64,000 bases of DNA from Promethearchaeia archaeon (GCA_029856155.1 JAHQWL010000007.1:1-64000), one strand, 5' to 3'. Shown: positions 1 to 8,840, numbered from the stretch's first letter. Notes: generated from the sequence alone by a model not told the origin. Numbers and translations: made by a program.

Positions 1-282
1 ATTATAATCAGAATCCATACCTCCTACCACCACTTCGAACTTACCATCATTATCTAAATCTCCTAATGTTGGAGTAGAAGGATTCCAAGAATCACCAGTA
101 TTCTTATACCATAATTCCGACATGCCTGCTGAATTCATTAATTCGTTCCTGAACTCCGCTTTCTGAGTATGATCATAGATATTGAACTCTTTTTGAGTTC
201 TTAGAGTCATCAATGTCATACTTAGAGAAAAAAAAATTGTAGCTATTAAATATATAATTATTACTTTTCTATTTTTTTTCAT
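1..282 (-). CDS. Secreted FG-GAP/VCBS-repeat (beta-propeller) protein, N-terminal part; runs off the window edge
   Basis: Not in the ORF track. Manual translation from the ATG at 282 gives MKKNRKVIIIYLIATIFFSLSMTL...STPTLGDLDNDGKFEVVVGGMDSDYN: a basic plus hydrophobic signal peptide and a GDLDNDGKFEVVVG FG-GAP Ca-binding motif. The frame is open to position 1. Confidence 0.8.
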   Translation of the reverse strand, partial: MKKNRKVIIIYLIATIFFSLSMTLMTLRTQKEFNIYDHTQKAEFRNELMNSAGMSELWYKNTGDSWNPSTPTLGDLDNDGKFEVVVGGMDSDYN

Positions 283-709
283 TAAATATTACCACTTTTT
301 ATTTGAATTTCAATAATTTATAGAATATTTCAAGAACAAAGAATCGACTTTATTATATAAAAACATAAGGACTGATTTTCTACAAAAAATCTACTCGAAC
401 TAACAATTTTATACTAAAAATATATATCTCTTTATTTCTTATCTCCCTTTTTCTTTTTAATAAAAATATTAAAAGAAATTTTAAGATTTTTTTCTAAAAT
501 TTTGGTAATGAAGGTATTTCATAATAATTAAATTAAACAAATATTATTATATTATAAGAGTAAATAAATCAAATTAAATATTAGAATAAATTAATATATT
601 ATAGAAAAGATCTGGTTAAGATAAGAATTCAATTATATAGTTAGGAATAATTATATGAAAAATTCTATAATTAATCAATAAAGGTATTAAAAAATAGTGT
701 TATCTAAAA

Positions 710-1423
710 ATGGGTATTCGAAAGATAGAAGATGAGATTGATCTAAAAGAAGCGATGAAAAAAAAGGCTGCTGAGCTGAAAATGAAAGATATGCAAGCAA
801 AAGCGTCTGTTGAAAAATTTACAAAAGATAAACTGCGAGAGTTAGCTAAGAAGCATGGCGTTTTATTAGCATTAACACCAGAATTAAGAAAAGAGGTAAA
901 AGAATTACAGAATAAATATAATATTCCCTCTTCAAAAATTATTACTGACCAAATAACAGAGCATGATGTATTGAGAAAATTCTCGAAAATTGATCATCAA
1001 AAATTAGGAATGTTAGCATACCAAAGAGTATTAATGAGTAAAGAGGAAACTGGAGGAATTATTCCCTTATCAGAAGTCTTTGAATTAGTAAATACAGGAA
1101 TTTTAAATGGTAATATTGAAGTAAAAGATGTCGAAAAATCTTTACGATTGTTGAAAAAAACGAAGGTAATTGAGGATATAAACCAATTAGATTCAGGAGC
1201 CACTATTATAAGATTTTTTCCTATTGAATATACAAGTGATGAAGCAAAGGTTGTAGATTTGGCCAAAAAGAAAGGTGTTCTTACTTTAGAAGATGTATGT
1301 GCTAGTTTGGAATGGTCACAAGATCGTGCTCTCCGTGCTTTAGAATCCCTAGAAAAAAGTGGTATTGCAAAGTTCAGGGAAAATATCTTAACTGGGAAAC
1401 AATGGTATTTCCCATCTTTATAA
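710..1423 (+). CDS. vps22: ESCRT-II Vps22/Vps36-like (EAP30 domain) protein
   Basis: KLGMLAYQRVLMSKEETGGIIPLSEV and LEWSQDRALRALESLEKSGIA...WYFPSL parallel the Snf8/Vps22 winged helices; adjacent to vps25 and vps4. Confidence 0.88.
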   Translation: MGIRKIEDEIDLKEAMKKKAAELKMKDMQAKASVEKFTKDKLRELAKKHGVLLALTPELRKEVKELQNKYNIPSSKIITDQITEHDVLRKFSKIDHQKLGMLAYQRVLMSKEETGGIIPLSEVFELVNTGILNGNIEVKDVEKSLRLLKKTKVIEDINQLDSGATIIRFFPIEYTSDEAKVVDLAKKKGVLTLEDVCASLEWSQDRALRALESLEKSGIAKFRENILTGKQWYFPSL

Positions 1424-1432
1424 TTAAATTGA

Positions 1433-2335
1433 TTATTCTAATTTTATTTTAAAAGCCATTTGTCCATTCTCTAATTTCATAACTTTAGCTTTACGGTTTT
1501 TTGCTAGAATCTTAAAAATTTCTTCTAAATCTTCTAATGGAAGTGAACTAAAGTCTTCTTGTTTTGCTTCTCTTAATTCATATATCATGATTGGCTCGAT
1601 TTTTCCATTTTCATATGCCCAATTATATATTTCATTTGACCAAACCTCCAGAGTCTTCCAATAGACCCTTAATTTACCTTTCTTTTTTGAGAGCCATTTG
1701 GCTTGGTTTTGATTAATTAATTGTTCAGCGATTTCTATAATGTAATGTTCTCGCTGAGTGAAATTCGAAAATGGTTTATGAGTAATTAATTCTCTTGTAT
1801 AAATAATGTGAAGTACAGCAAACCTTACATAATCAAAGAGAACTTTACCCCACTCTGTTTTCCAAGATACATAATCCGTTTTAGTTTTATTTTTGTCTGG
1901 CATCGTATACATAAACTTTTTCCTGTCCTCCTCAAGCCAAGGATAAGCATCTAATAAATTATCATAAGCAGTTAATTTTTTTTCTATTAACCCCTTTTCT
2001 CCGATAATTTCTTCTTCAAGAGACTGCAAATCTGCTTCGATCTGATCAGCATGTTGTTGATACACTTTATTATCAATCTCACCTAGCTTAGATGATAAAA
2101 TCTCTTCAAGTTTGTCAAATTGGTCTTCTATATAGTCTAATTCTGTAGTCTTAATCTCTTCTTGCTTAATGATTTGTTTTTGAGCTGCTTCTATTTCCAA
2201 TTCTTCTTTTTCTTTTTTTAGCTGTCTTAATCGAGTAAGTTCATTCCTTAATTCTTCTAGCTCTTTTTCAGCTTTTTCTTTAACTTCTTTTGTAATTTCA
2301 CTTGATCTTTCTCTCTGTCTTTCCATCTTAATCAT
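1433..2335 (-). CDS. vps25: ESCRT-II Vps25-like protein with N-terminal coiled coil
   Basis: WKTEWGKVLFDY and YWKTLEVWSNEIYNWAYENG..IMIYELRE match Vps25 WH1/WH2. Start moved to ATG 2335 (alternative 2326) to avoid overlapping vps4. Confidence 0.85.
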   Translation of the reverse strand: MIKMERQRERSSEITKEVKEKAEKELEELRNELTRLRQLKKEKEELEIEAAQKQIIKQEEIKTTELDYIEDQFDKLEEILSSKLGEIDNKVYQQHADQIEADLQSLEEEIIGEKGLIEKKLTAYDNLLDAYPWLEEDRKKFMYTMPDKNKTKTDYVSWKTEWGKVLFDYVRFAVLHIIYTRELITHKPFSNFTQREHYIIEIAEQLINQNQAKWLSKKKGKLRVYWKTLEVWSNEIYNWAYENGKIEPIMIYELREAKQEDFSSLPLEDLEEIFKILAKNRKAKVMKLENGQMAFKIKLE

Positions 2336-2343
2336 TTTTGTTT

Positions 2344-3561
2344 TTAAACTTCTCCAAATTCTTCTGCCCACGCATTATATTGTTTTAATAATGCTGCATT
2401 GGTCATCGGTTTTACCTTTTTAAGTGTTTTTTTGAAATCTTTTAATGTGATATCTCTAACCTTAACTTCTTTATTTAAATCTTCTAAAAGTCCACTCATA
2501 TCTAACTCACGTACAGGCAACATTATAACTTCACGACATACATTTGCAATATCTCTTCCAGAATAACCCTCACTTCTTACTGCTAATTCTACAAAATCCT
2601 CATCTGTTAATGCGGTATTTACACCTTCAGTGTGGATTTTAAAAATTCCCGCTCTACCTTTTAAATCTGGAAGAGGTACATGCACCCTTTTTTCAAATCT
2701 ACTTAACATAGCATTGTCAATATCCCAAGGGCGATTTGTTGCCCCTAATACCAATAATAGTTTTTCATGAGAGGATTTTAACCCTTGTATTTCACTTAAT
2801 AGCTGTGTTTTAACTCTTCGCTCGCCACCACTCTCAGAGCCCTCTCCCCGTTTTGTTGCTACTGAGTCAATTTCATCCATAAATATTAAACTAGGAGCTT
2901 TTAACCTCGCAACTTTAAATAAAGAACTGATTAATTTTTCACTTTCACCTAACCATTTGCTCAATAAATCAGCAGAAGATGCACTAAAAAACGTAGCATT
3001 GCATTCAGTTGCAGCTGCTTTAGCTAATAATGTTTTACCGCATCCAGGAGGTCCAAATAGTAATATACCGGACCAAGGCTTTCTCGCTCCCGTAAATAAT
3101 TCTGGTTTTGCCATTGGTAAAACTATAGCTTCTCTTACTGCTTGTTTAACATTTTCTAAGCCCGCAATATCATTCCATTTTACATTGGGAGATTCTGTAA
3201 CAATTGTTCCCGATATCATATCAATGAGTTCTTGTTCTTCGGATGATACACCATCCTCAGTTTTACCAGTATCAACATCCCCCGACGCACCAGGACTTGT
3301 ACTAGGTCTTGCACCTCTAGGTCTAACTCCCCCAAGTTGAGATTTTAATAATTTTGCGCGTTCAACATATTCTTCGATATTTTTTTGACATAATATTCTC
3401 ATTTGAGGATTTTTGTTGTATTTCATGAACTGCATTAGGATTTCTGAAGCTCGATTATATTTATTTATTGCTTGGCGATACTTCCCTTGGTTATCTAAAG
3501 CAACGGCTTCCTTAGCAGTCTGTACTGCGAATTGATATAACTTAGAGTCAACAGATGACAT
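2344..3561 (-). CDS. vps4: Vps4 AAA+ ATPase with N-terminal MIT domain
   Basis: MIT helices (AKEAVALDNQGKYRQAINKY), Walker A GPPGCGKT, pore loop SKWLGESEK, Walker B IFMDEID, SRH GATNRPWDID..RFEKR, and C-terminal W..EFG. Likely start MSSVDSK at 3561. Confidence 0.95.
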   Translation of the reverse strand: MSSVDSKLYQFAVQTAKEAVALDNQGKYRQAINKYNRASEILMQFMKYNKNPQMRILCQKNIEEYVERAKLLKSQLGGVRPRGARPSTSPGASGDVDTGKTEDGVSSEEQELIDMISGTIVTESPNVKWNDIAGLENVKQAVREAIVLPMAKPELFTGARKPWSGILLFGPPGCGKTLLAKAAATECNATFFSASSADLLSKWLGESEKLISSLFKVARLKAPSLIFMDEIDSVATKRGEGSESGGERRVKTQLLSEIQGLKSSHEKLLLVLGATNRPWDIDNAMLSRFEKRVHVPLPDLKGRAGIFKIHTEGVNTALTDEDFVELAVRSEGYSGRDIANVCREVIMLPVRELDMSGLLEDLNKEVKVRDITLKDFKKTLKKVKPMTNAALLKQYNAWAEEFGEV

Positions 3562-3771
3562 TTTTTTCATCCTTTTTTTTTTAAATAATATAATCAAAAT
3601 AATTTTATTATTTATAGCTAATCTATTTTAACAATTAGTAATATTAATAATTTTATCAGCATATATCAAATTTACTCTTTAACCTAAGGAAAATAATGAT
3701 TGGTCTCCAAAAAATTAAATACCCATTGTAGCATTTATATATTATATAATTACTTATTAGATTTGATAAAT

Positions 3772-4407
3772 ATGGGTTTTCTAAAAGATATCTCAAAATG
3801 GCTGTCTGGTGGAAAAAAAACTGATAATGTCCGCACTGCTACAGTTAAATTGAAAGTTTTTAACAAACGTCTAACGAGACAGACTAAAAAAATGGAAATG
3901 TCAGCAAAATTAGCTAGAGATAAGGCTGTAAATCTTCGAAAACAAGGTGATTTGCAAGGTTCAGAATTTCATGCTCGAAACTATTTACAAGTAAAAAAAC
4001 AAGCTAGAGCAATTGACCTTTTCAGAACGAACCTTGAAGGAATGGTGTTTAAATTAGAACAAGCTCATGCAGTAAAGGATGTTGCAGAGGTAATGAAAGG
4101 GATTGCAGCAAGCCTAGGTGCATTAAAGAACCAGCTATCTATCCCTCAACTTACAGAAATGATGACATCTATTGGAGTTGATATGGAAGATTTTGCTGTT
4201 ACCGAGGAAATCACAACTGACGGAATAAGTGACATAATGGTCGATACAGCAGTTACCGATACTGATGTTAAGGATGTTTTAGGGGAAATTGATGCCGAAA
4301 TCCAAGTAGAAATGGGAGTTGCCTTACCTAGTGCCGCTTCTGGTACATCTGATCAAAAGATAGCTGAATTAGAGAAAGAATTAAATCGACTGAAATCAGA
4401 CGAATAA
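3772..4407 (+). CDS. ESCRT-III subunit, Vps2/Vps24/Vps46 class
   Basis: N-terminal amphipathic helix MGFLKDISKWLSG, basic helical hairpin, acidic C-half and MIM1-like end ELEKELNRLK. Divergent from vps4; likely start ATG 3772. Confidence 0.9.
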   Translation: MGFLKDISKWLSGGKKTDNVRTATVKLKVFNKRLTRQTKKMEMSAKLARDKAVNLRKQGDLQGSEFHARNYLQVKKQARAIDLFRTNLEGMVFKLEQAHAVKDVAEVMKGIAASLGALKNQLSIPQLTEMMTSIGVDMEDFAVTEEITTDGISDIMVDTAVTDTDVKDVLGEIDAEIQVEMGVALPSAASGTSDQKIAELEKELNRLKSDE

Positions 4408-4596
4408 AAATATTTTTATGTTCTTCACTTGCTTATATTTTTAGCAAAAATTTATCTTATTTGAGTCTATTGTCAGTATTTAATTAAAGTCTATTTGTAA
4501 GAGATGACAATTCAATCTCCCTATATTTACAAAAAAATAATATCCTTTTGATTAAACTTAAAAATATAATAAATAATTATAGATTTAATTATAAAA

Positions 4597-4604
4597 TTTA
4601 AATA
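4597..4604 (+). promoter_or_regulatory. Putative archaeal TATA box for the small GTPase gene
   Basis: TTTAAATA preceded by an A-rich BRE-like stretch, about 80 nt upstream of ATG 4682. The AT-rich background limits certainty. Confidence 0.35.
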
Positions 4605-4681
4605 AGCATTAAATATGTATCCTTCGGTTAAATGTACTACTACCTTATTGGCGCGAATAGCGCAGAACCTGGTGATGTATA

Positions 4682-5254
4682 ATGGGCAATAACTCAACCG
4701 CGACGCAATTATCATTTAAAGTAATAATAATTGGCCCAGGAGCGGTAGGCAAAACAAGTTTACTAAACAGGTTTATACACAATGAATTTACTTTAAAATA
4801 TAAATTGACTATTGGCGTTGATTTTTTAACTAAAACTATAGAATACGCACCAGAAAAATTTGTAAAACTCCATATATGGGATATAGGAGGTCAGGAAAAA
4901 TTTAAATTTCTCCATCGTAGCTTTTACGAAGGTGCATTTGGAGCATTGGTTGTATTTGATCTTTCAAGGCATCAAACATTTTCAAATATGAAAGAATGGC
5001 TTTCAGAAATGCGGAGTCTAGTAATTAATGATATTCCTAGCATAATAATAGGGAATAAATCCGATTTAATTCCAGAGATTGGTCAGATAATAGATAGGAG
5101 TGAAGTAGAAGAATATGCAAAAAAAGAAGGCTGTTTGTATATTGAAACATCAGCCAAAAATGGAGATAATGTTGAAAAAGCCTTTCTAGAACTTACAACT
5201 CGCATGACAAAAAAAATGGGAAAACTAGTTAGCAAAAGTAAAGAAGAATCATAA
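4682..5254 (+). CDS. Rab-like small GTPase (Ras superfamily)
   Basis: G1 GPGAVGKT, TIGVDF, WDIGGQE, FYEGA, NKSD, ETSAK. Confidence 0.95.
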   Translation: MGNNSTATQLSFKVIIIGPGAVGKTSLLNRFIHNEFTLKYKLTIGVDFLTKTIEYAPEKFVKLHIWDIGGQEKFKFLHRSFYEGAFGALVVFDLSRHQTFSNMKEWLSEMRSLVINDIPSIIIGNKSDLIPEIGQIIDRSEVEEYAKKEGCLYIETSAKNGDNVEKAFLELTTRMTKKMGKLVSKSKEES

Positions 5255-5393
5255 TACAAATAAATGAAAAACAACGAATAAATCTATTCTTTAAATTCTT
5301 TAAAAAATATTTCTTAGCAAAATTATTAAAAGATTTATGTCTATTTTAAACTTATTCTACAAATCAAAATTTTGTATTTTTTAAGTGATAAAT

Positions 5394-6410
5394 ATGAATT
5401 TACCAGAATTAATTGCGATTGGGAGTAACACTTTAGATATTATGATTGAAATTGACGATATATTACGTTTTGAATTAATGGATAAAGATATTATTAAAAA
5501 GTATACAGCGATTGAATATTCTCGTAAATTGAATGTCAAGAGTGTTAGATTTGTACCAGGCGGTTCAGGTGCTAATATTGCTGCAAATGGATCAATGCTA
5601 GGATTAAAGAGTGCTTATATTGGCGTAATGGGTAATGATTTTTCAGCAGAAATTTGTCTGACCGATTTAAGGAAACGGGGTGTAGATCTCTCTCAAGTAA
5701 TTCAAACTGATAGAGACACTACAGCGTTATCAATAATATTAAGAACTCCATGGGGAAAAGATCGAAGTATTCTTGCTTATAAAGGTGCTAATAATCTATT
5801 AAATTCTTCAGATGTTAATGAAAAATTATTTGGAAATATTAAGGCATTTGCATGGACATCTTTAACTAGTGATGATGGGTGTAAAGCTATAGAAAAAGCG
5901 ATAACTTTGACAAAAGACAAGGGTGGTATGGTTTTTGCGGCTCCTAGTATGTCTATCATTAAAAATGCTCCAAAATGGGCAAAAATCTTGATTTCCAATT
6001 CTGACGTAGTATCAATGAATTTGGAAGAAGCTCAAGAATTTACGGATGAAAATAAAAAAACTCTTATGATTAAAACTTTCTTGGATATGGGAATTAAATT
6101 AATTTCTATAACTGATGGCCCTAATGGTTCAATTATTTCAGATGGAAAGATAATTATAAATAGTGGAGTGTATAGTGCTGGTGATGTACAGGATACAACG
6201 GGGGCAGGAGACGCTTTCCTAACTGGAATTTTAATCTCACGGTTAGGCAATTTCTCTCTTGAAAAAACATCAAAAATGGCAACTGCTATGTCTTACTTAG
6301 AATGTCAAGAAATTGGCGTTAGAGAGGGCTTACCCCATAGTATACAAGAGCTTGAAAATTTTATAAATAATAATGCTATCAAACAAGTTATATCCGAAAT
6401 TGTACAATAA
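5394..6410 (+). CDS. PfkB/ribokinase-family carbohydrate kinase
   Basis: PGGSGANIA and DTTGAGDAF signatures. ATG at 5394; the track uses GTG 5385. Confidence 0.92.
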   Translation: MNLPELIAIGSNTLDIMIEIDDILRFELMDKDIIKKYTAIEYSRKLNVKSVRFVPGGSGANIAANGSMLGLKSAYIGVMGNDFSAEICLTDLRKRGVDLSQVIQTDRDTTALSIILRTPWGKDRSILAYKGANNLLNSSDVNEKLFGNIKAFAWTSLTSDDGCKAIEKAITLTKDKGGMVFAAPSMSIIKNAPKWAKILISNSDVVSMNLEEAQEFTDENKKTLMIKTFLDMGIKLISITDGPNGSIISDGKIIINSGVYSAGDVQDTTGAGDAFLTGILISRLGNFSLEKTSKMATAMSYLECQEIGVREGLPHSIQELENFINNNAIKQVISEIVQ

Positions 6411-6473
6411 AAAAGATTTTCTAATAATCATTAAATTTTAATTTTTTAATATATTCCTATTATTAACAATTAT

Positions 6474-6576
6474 GCGCTGCTAGTATAGTGGTAAGTATGC
6501 CAGGTTGCCATGAACCATGGAAAAAGACATTGTTCGCAATTACTTGGCGACCCGGGTTCAATTCCCGGGCGGCGCA
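6474..6576 (+). tRNA. tRNA-Gly(GCC) with 31-nt intron (6511-6541) at canonical position 37/38
   Basis: Acceptor stem GCGCTGC/GCGGCGC+A, anticodon stem CCAGG/CTTGG, anticodon GCC at 6507-6509, T arm CCGGG-TTCAATT-CCCGG. BHB motif has a TTGC/GCAA helix with CAT and TTA bulges. Mature length is 72 nt and no CCA is encoded. Confidence 0.95.
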
Positions 6577-6610
6577 TATATTTTATTCGTTTTGAAAGAG
6601 GGTTTAATAC

Positions 6611-6754
6611 TTGGAAGGAATTAAGAAATTATATGAAAAATTGAATTCATCTTCTAAGGAACAAAGAGAAGAACTCTGGAAAATAATAATTGAAAAAAAT
6701 AAGATTCTTTTCAATAAAAGAAATGAGGAATTGAATAAAGTATTAAAAAAATAG
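6611..6754 (+). CDS. Small 47-aa basic helical hypothetical protein
   Basis: TTG start after a GAGGG SD-like element; translates MEGIKKLYEKLNSSSKEQREELWKIIIEKNKILFNKRNEELNKVLKK*. Below the ORF-track cutoff. Confidence 0.5.
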   Translation: MEGIKKLYEKLNSSSKEQREELWKIIIEKNKILFNKRNEELNKVLKK

Positions 6755-6795
6755 AAGATATTATAAAATTATAACTAAATATATGGGAATCCAAA

Positions 6796-7812
6796 ATGAG
6801 TATAGATATATCAGATGGTATTGAAAGTGGTAATTTAACGATTAAAGTTTTGACAACAAATACCTCTATTTCAACTTTATTGACTGACGAAAAATTTGAA
6901 GGAAAAATAATACAACCTCATACAAATGGGAGTAAATATTTAGCAGAACATGGCCTTGCAATGAGTATAGAAATACAACAAGGAGAAGAGATAAAAAAAT
7001 ATCTTTTAGATGCAGGAGGGCCTAGGAATTCTATAATTATGAACGCAGAAGCTATGGGCATAGATTTCAAGGATTATAACAAATTGATATTAAGTCATGG
7101 TCATGTTGATCATTATGGTGGTTTAATGAATGTCCTTCCTAAATTAAAAGAAGGTTGTGAATTAATTCTGACACCCAATTCCTATAATCAAAACATTATT
7201 TTAGTACCAAAATCAGGTCAAGCATTTTATTCTCCTGAAGTTTTAACAGAAAAATTCCGTGATTTACAAAAAGAAAATAAATTTATTTACAATATCAAAT
7301 TGCCTTCAATGAACAAATCTATAATTGAAAACTTAGTTGACCAAAATAATCTTAAAATTATAGAGATAAATACACCAATAAAACTAACATCAGGAATTAC
7401 TACAAGTGGAGAAATTGAGATATTTGATGAAAAAGAACTTACCAAAGGGTTTTATCTAATGAAAAGTAGAAAAGAATTTGAAAAAAATACGTTTAGAGAC
7501 GAAATTTCAATCTATATTAATATTAAGGAGAAAGGGCTCGTAGTAATTACAGGATGTGGTCACACAGGGATAGTAAATATCATAAAACATGGGCAAAAAT
7601 TAACTGGAATTAACAAAATTTATGCTGTAATCGGTGGATTTCATAAGGAATGGGAAAAAACTGAAGCCATAGAAGACTCAGTTCGGTTTATCGAAGGATT
7701 AAACCCAGAAATTACATGTGGAATGCACTGCACTGGTTTTGAATTTAATAAAATCATGTCGAGACATCCGTCTCATACTTTTGGAATAGTTGGAACTGAA
7801 TTTCATCTATAA
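6796..7812 (+). CDS. MBL-fold metallo-hydrolase (DHPS-like/MJ0301 type)
   Basis: AEHGLA, LLDAG, SHGHVDH, TGCGH, GGFH and MHCTG motifs. Confidence 0.88.
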   Translation: MSIDISDGIESGNLTIKVLTTNTSISTLLTDEKFEGKIIQPHTNGSKYLAEHGLAMSIEIQQGEEIKKYLLDAGGPRNSIIMNAEAMGIDFKDYNKLILSHGHVDHYGGLMNVLPKLKEGCELILTPNSYNQNIILVPKSGQAFYSPEVLTEKFRDLQKENKFIYNIKLPSMNKSIIENLVDQNNLKIIEINTPIKLTSGITTSGEIEIFDEKELTKGFYLMKSRKEFEKNTFRDEISIYINIKEKGLVVITGCGHTGIVNIIKHGQKLTGINKIYAVIGGFHKEWEKTEAIEDSVRFIEGLNPEITCGMHCTGFEFNKIMSRHPSHTFGIVGTEFHL

Positions 7813-7851
7813 GTATTTATCTTATGAAAAGATAAAAAATATTTTTAAATT

Positions 7852-8106
7852 TTATCTCCTTTTTTGGGTATCAAAACACCACCTATTTTTACACTCTTTA
7901 GAACAAAAAATATGTATCGTAGTTTTTTGGCATATATTTATATGACGTTTTAATCTTTTTCCATGTAGTTGTCTACCACAATATTCACAATCAAAGTGAT
8001 TTCTATTTAAAGAGGTAGTCATTAAAGAATGGGGCTCTATATAGAATTCAGATATTTCTTGGTGATAAATAAATGGCATTTTTGGATAATCTTTATGAAA
8101 TTTCAT
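7852..8106 (-). CDS. Small zinc-binding protein (TRASH/FCS-type finger)
   Basis: CEYC...FCSKEC cysteine pattern. Confidence 0.6.
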   Translation of the reverse strand: MKFHKDYPKMPFIYHQEISEFYIEPHSLMTTSLNRNHFDCEYCGRQLHGKRLKRHINICQKTTIHIFCSKECKNRWCFDTQKRR

Positions 8107-8257
8107 TTGTTAAAAGGATATCAAATTTGAATATAAGAGATATTAAGGGAATTCTGTATAAATATGTTTGTTTATAACAAAAATTTTCCTATTACCCCAT
8201 ATACAATACCATAAAATTATGCTTTCAATACATATTAAAGAGATATATAGAAAATAG

Positions 8258-8277
8258 CGTGAAAGGTCTGTTTCACG
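8258..8277 (-). terminator. Hairpin terminator candidate after marR
   Basis: Perfect 7-bp inverted repeat CGTGAAA-6nt-TTTCACG a few nt past the marR stop, followed on the minus strand by CTATTTTCT. Confidence 0.45.
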
Positions 8278-8284
8278 AAGAAAA

Positions 8285-8743
8285 TTATTGATTTTTGAAA
8301 AACTCTGGCTTTTTAGGGAATTTTGATTTCAATTCAACAACTCGCTTTAAAATTTTAAAGAATATTGCCAAGTCTTCCTGGGAAAATTCTTGTTTCATCA
8401 TCTGCATACCAAATATTCGGGTTTGCAGAAATTTCTGGTATAATCCCTTCCCTTCTTCAGTTAGAATCAATTTAACTAGCCGACGATCTTTATCATCATT
8501 AATCCGATGTACTAGTCCTATATTGACCAATTTATCAATTCTCCTAGTAGCAGCACTAGGAATTAATTTTAGAAATACCTTTACATCAGACATCGAACAA
8601 TTAGGGTGTTTACCGATAAAATTTAAAAGAAACATACCAGTTCCGATGTGTTTTCCTTTATATTGAAAGCCTTCCATACCCTGAGTAAATCGTTCAATAA
8701 ATGTTGTAAATATTTCCATAAATTGAGTTTCTTCAGGATTCAT
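8285..8743 (-). CDS. MarR-family transcriptional regulator
   Basis: wHTH SAATRRIDKLVNIGLV.R...DKDRRLVKLILTEEG; likely start MNPEETQ at 8743. Confidence 0.9.
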   Translation of the reverse strand: MNPEETQFMEIFTTFIERFTQGMEGFQYKGKHIGTGMFLLNFIGKHPNCSMSDVKVFLKLIPSAATRRIDKLVNIGLVHRINDDKDRRLVKLILTEEGKGLYQKFLQTRIFGMQMMKQEFSQEDLAIFFKILKRVVELKSKFPKKPEFFKNQ

Positions 8744-8791
8744 TATGTATAAGTAGATTTTTATTGATATAAATCTTTGCATTTTCAGAAT

Positions 8792-8809
8792 ATTTGCAAG
8801 AATGCAAAT
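8792..8809. promoter_or_regulatory. Palindromic operator candidate in the marR/rdhA-like divergent promoter
   Basis: ATTTGCA-AGAA-TGCAAAT is a perfect 7-bp inverted repeat; a second TTTGCA half-site lies at 8776-8781. Confidence 0.6.
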
Positions 8810-8840
8810 GGTTAAATAATTGTTTTAATATTATTGTATT

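Noticed and set aside
4658-4681. In-frame TGA three codons upstream of the GTPase ATG as possible selenocysteine read-through
   Set aside because: An in-frame TAG at 4658 closes the frame with no start codon in between, and no SECIS was recognised.
4615-4692. 25-codon uORF MYPSVKCTTTLLARIAQNLVMYNGQ overlapping the GTPase start
   Set aside because: Its ATG is only about 10 nt after the putative TATA box, probably upstream of the TSS, and there is no other support.
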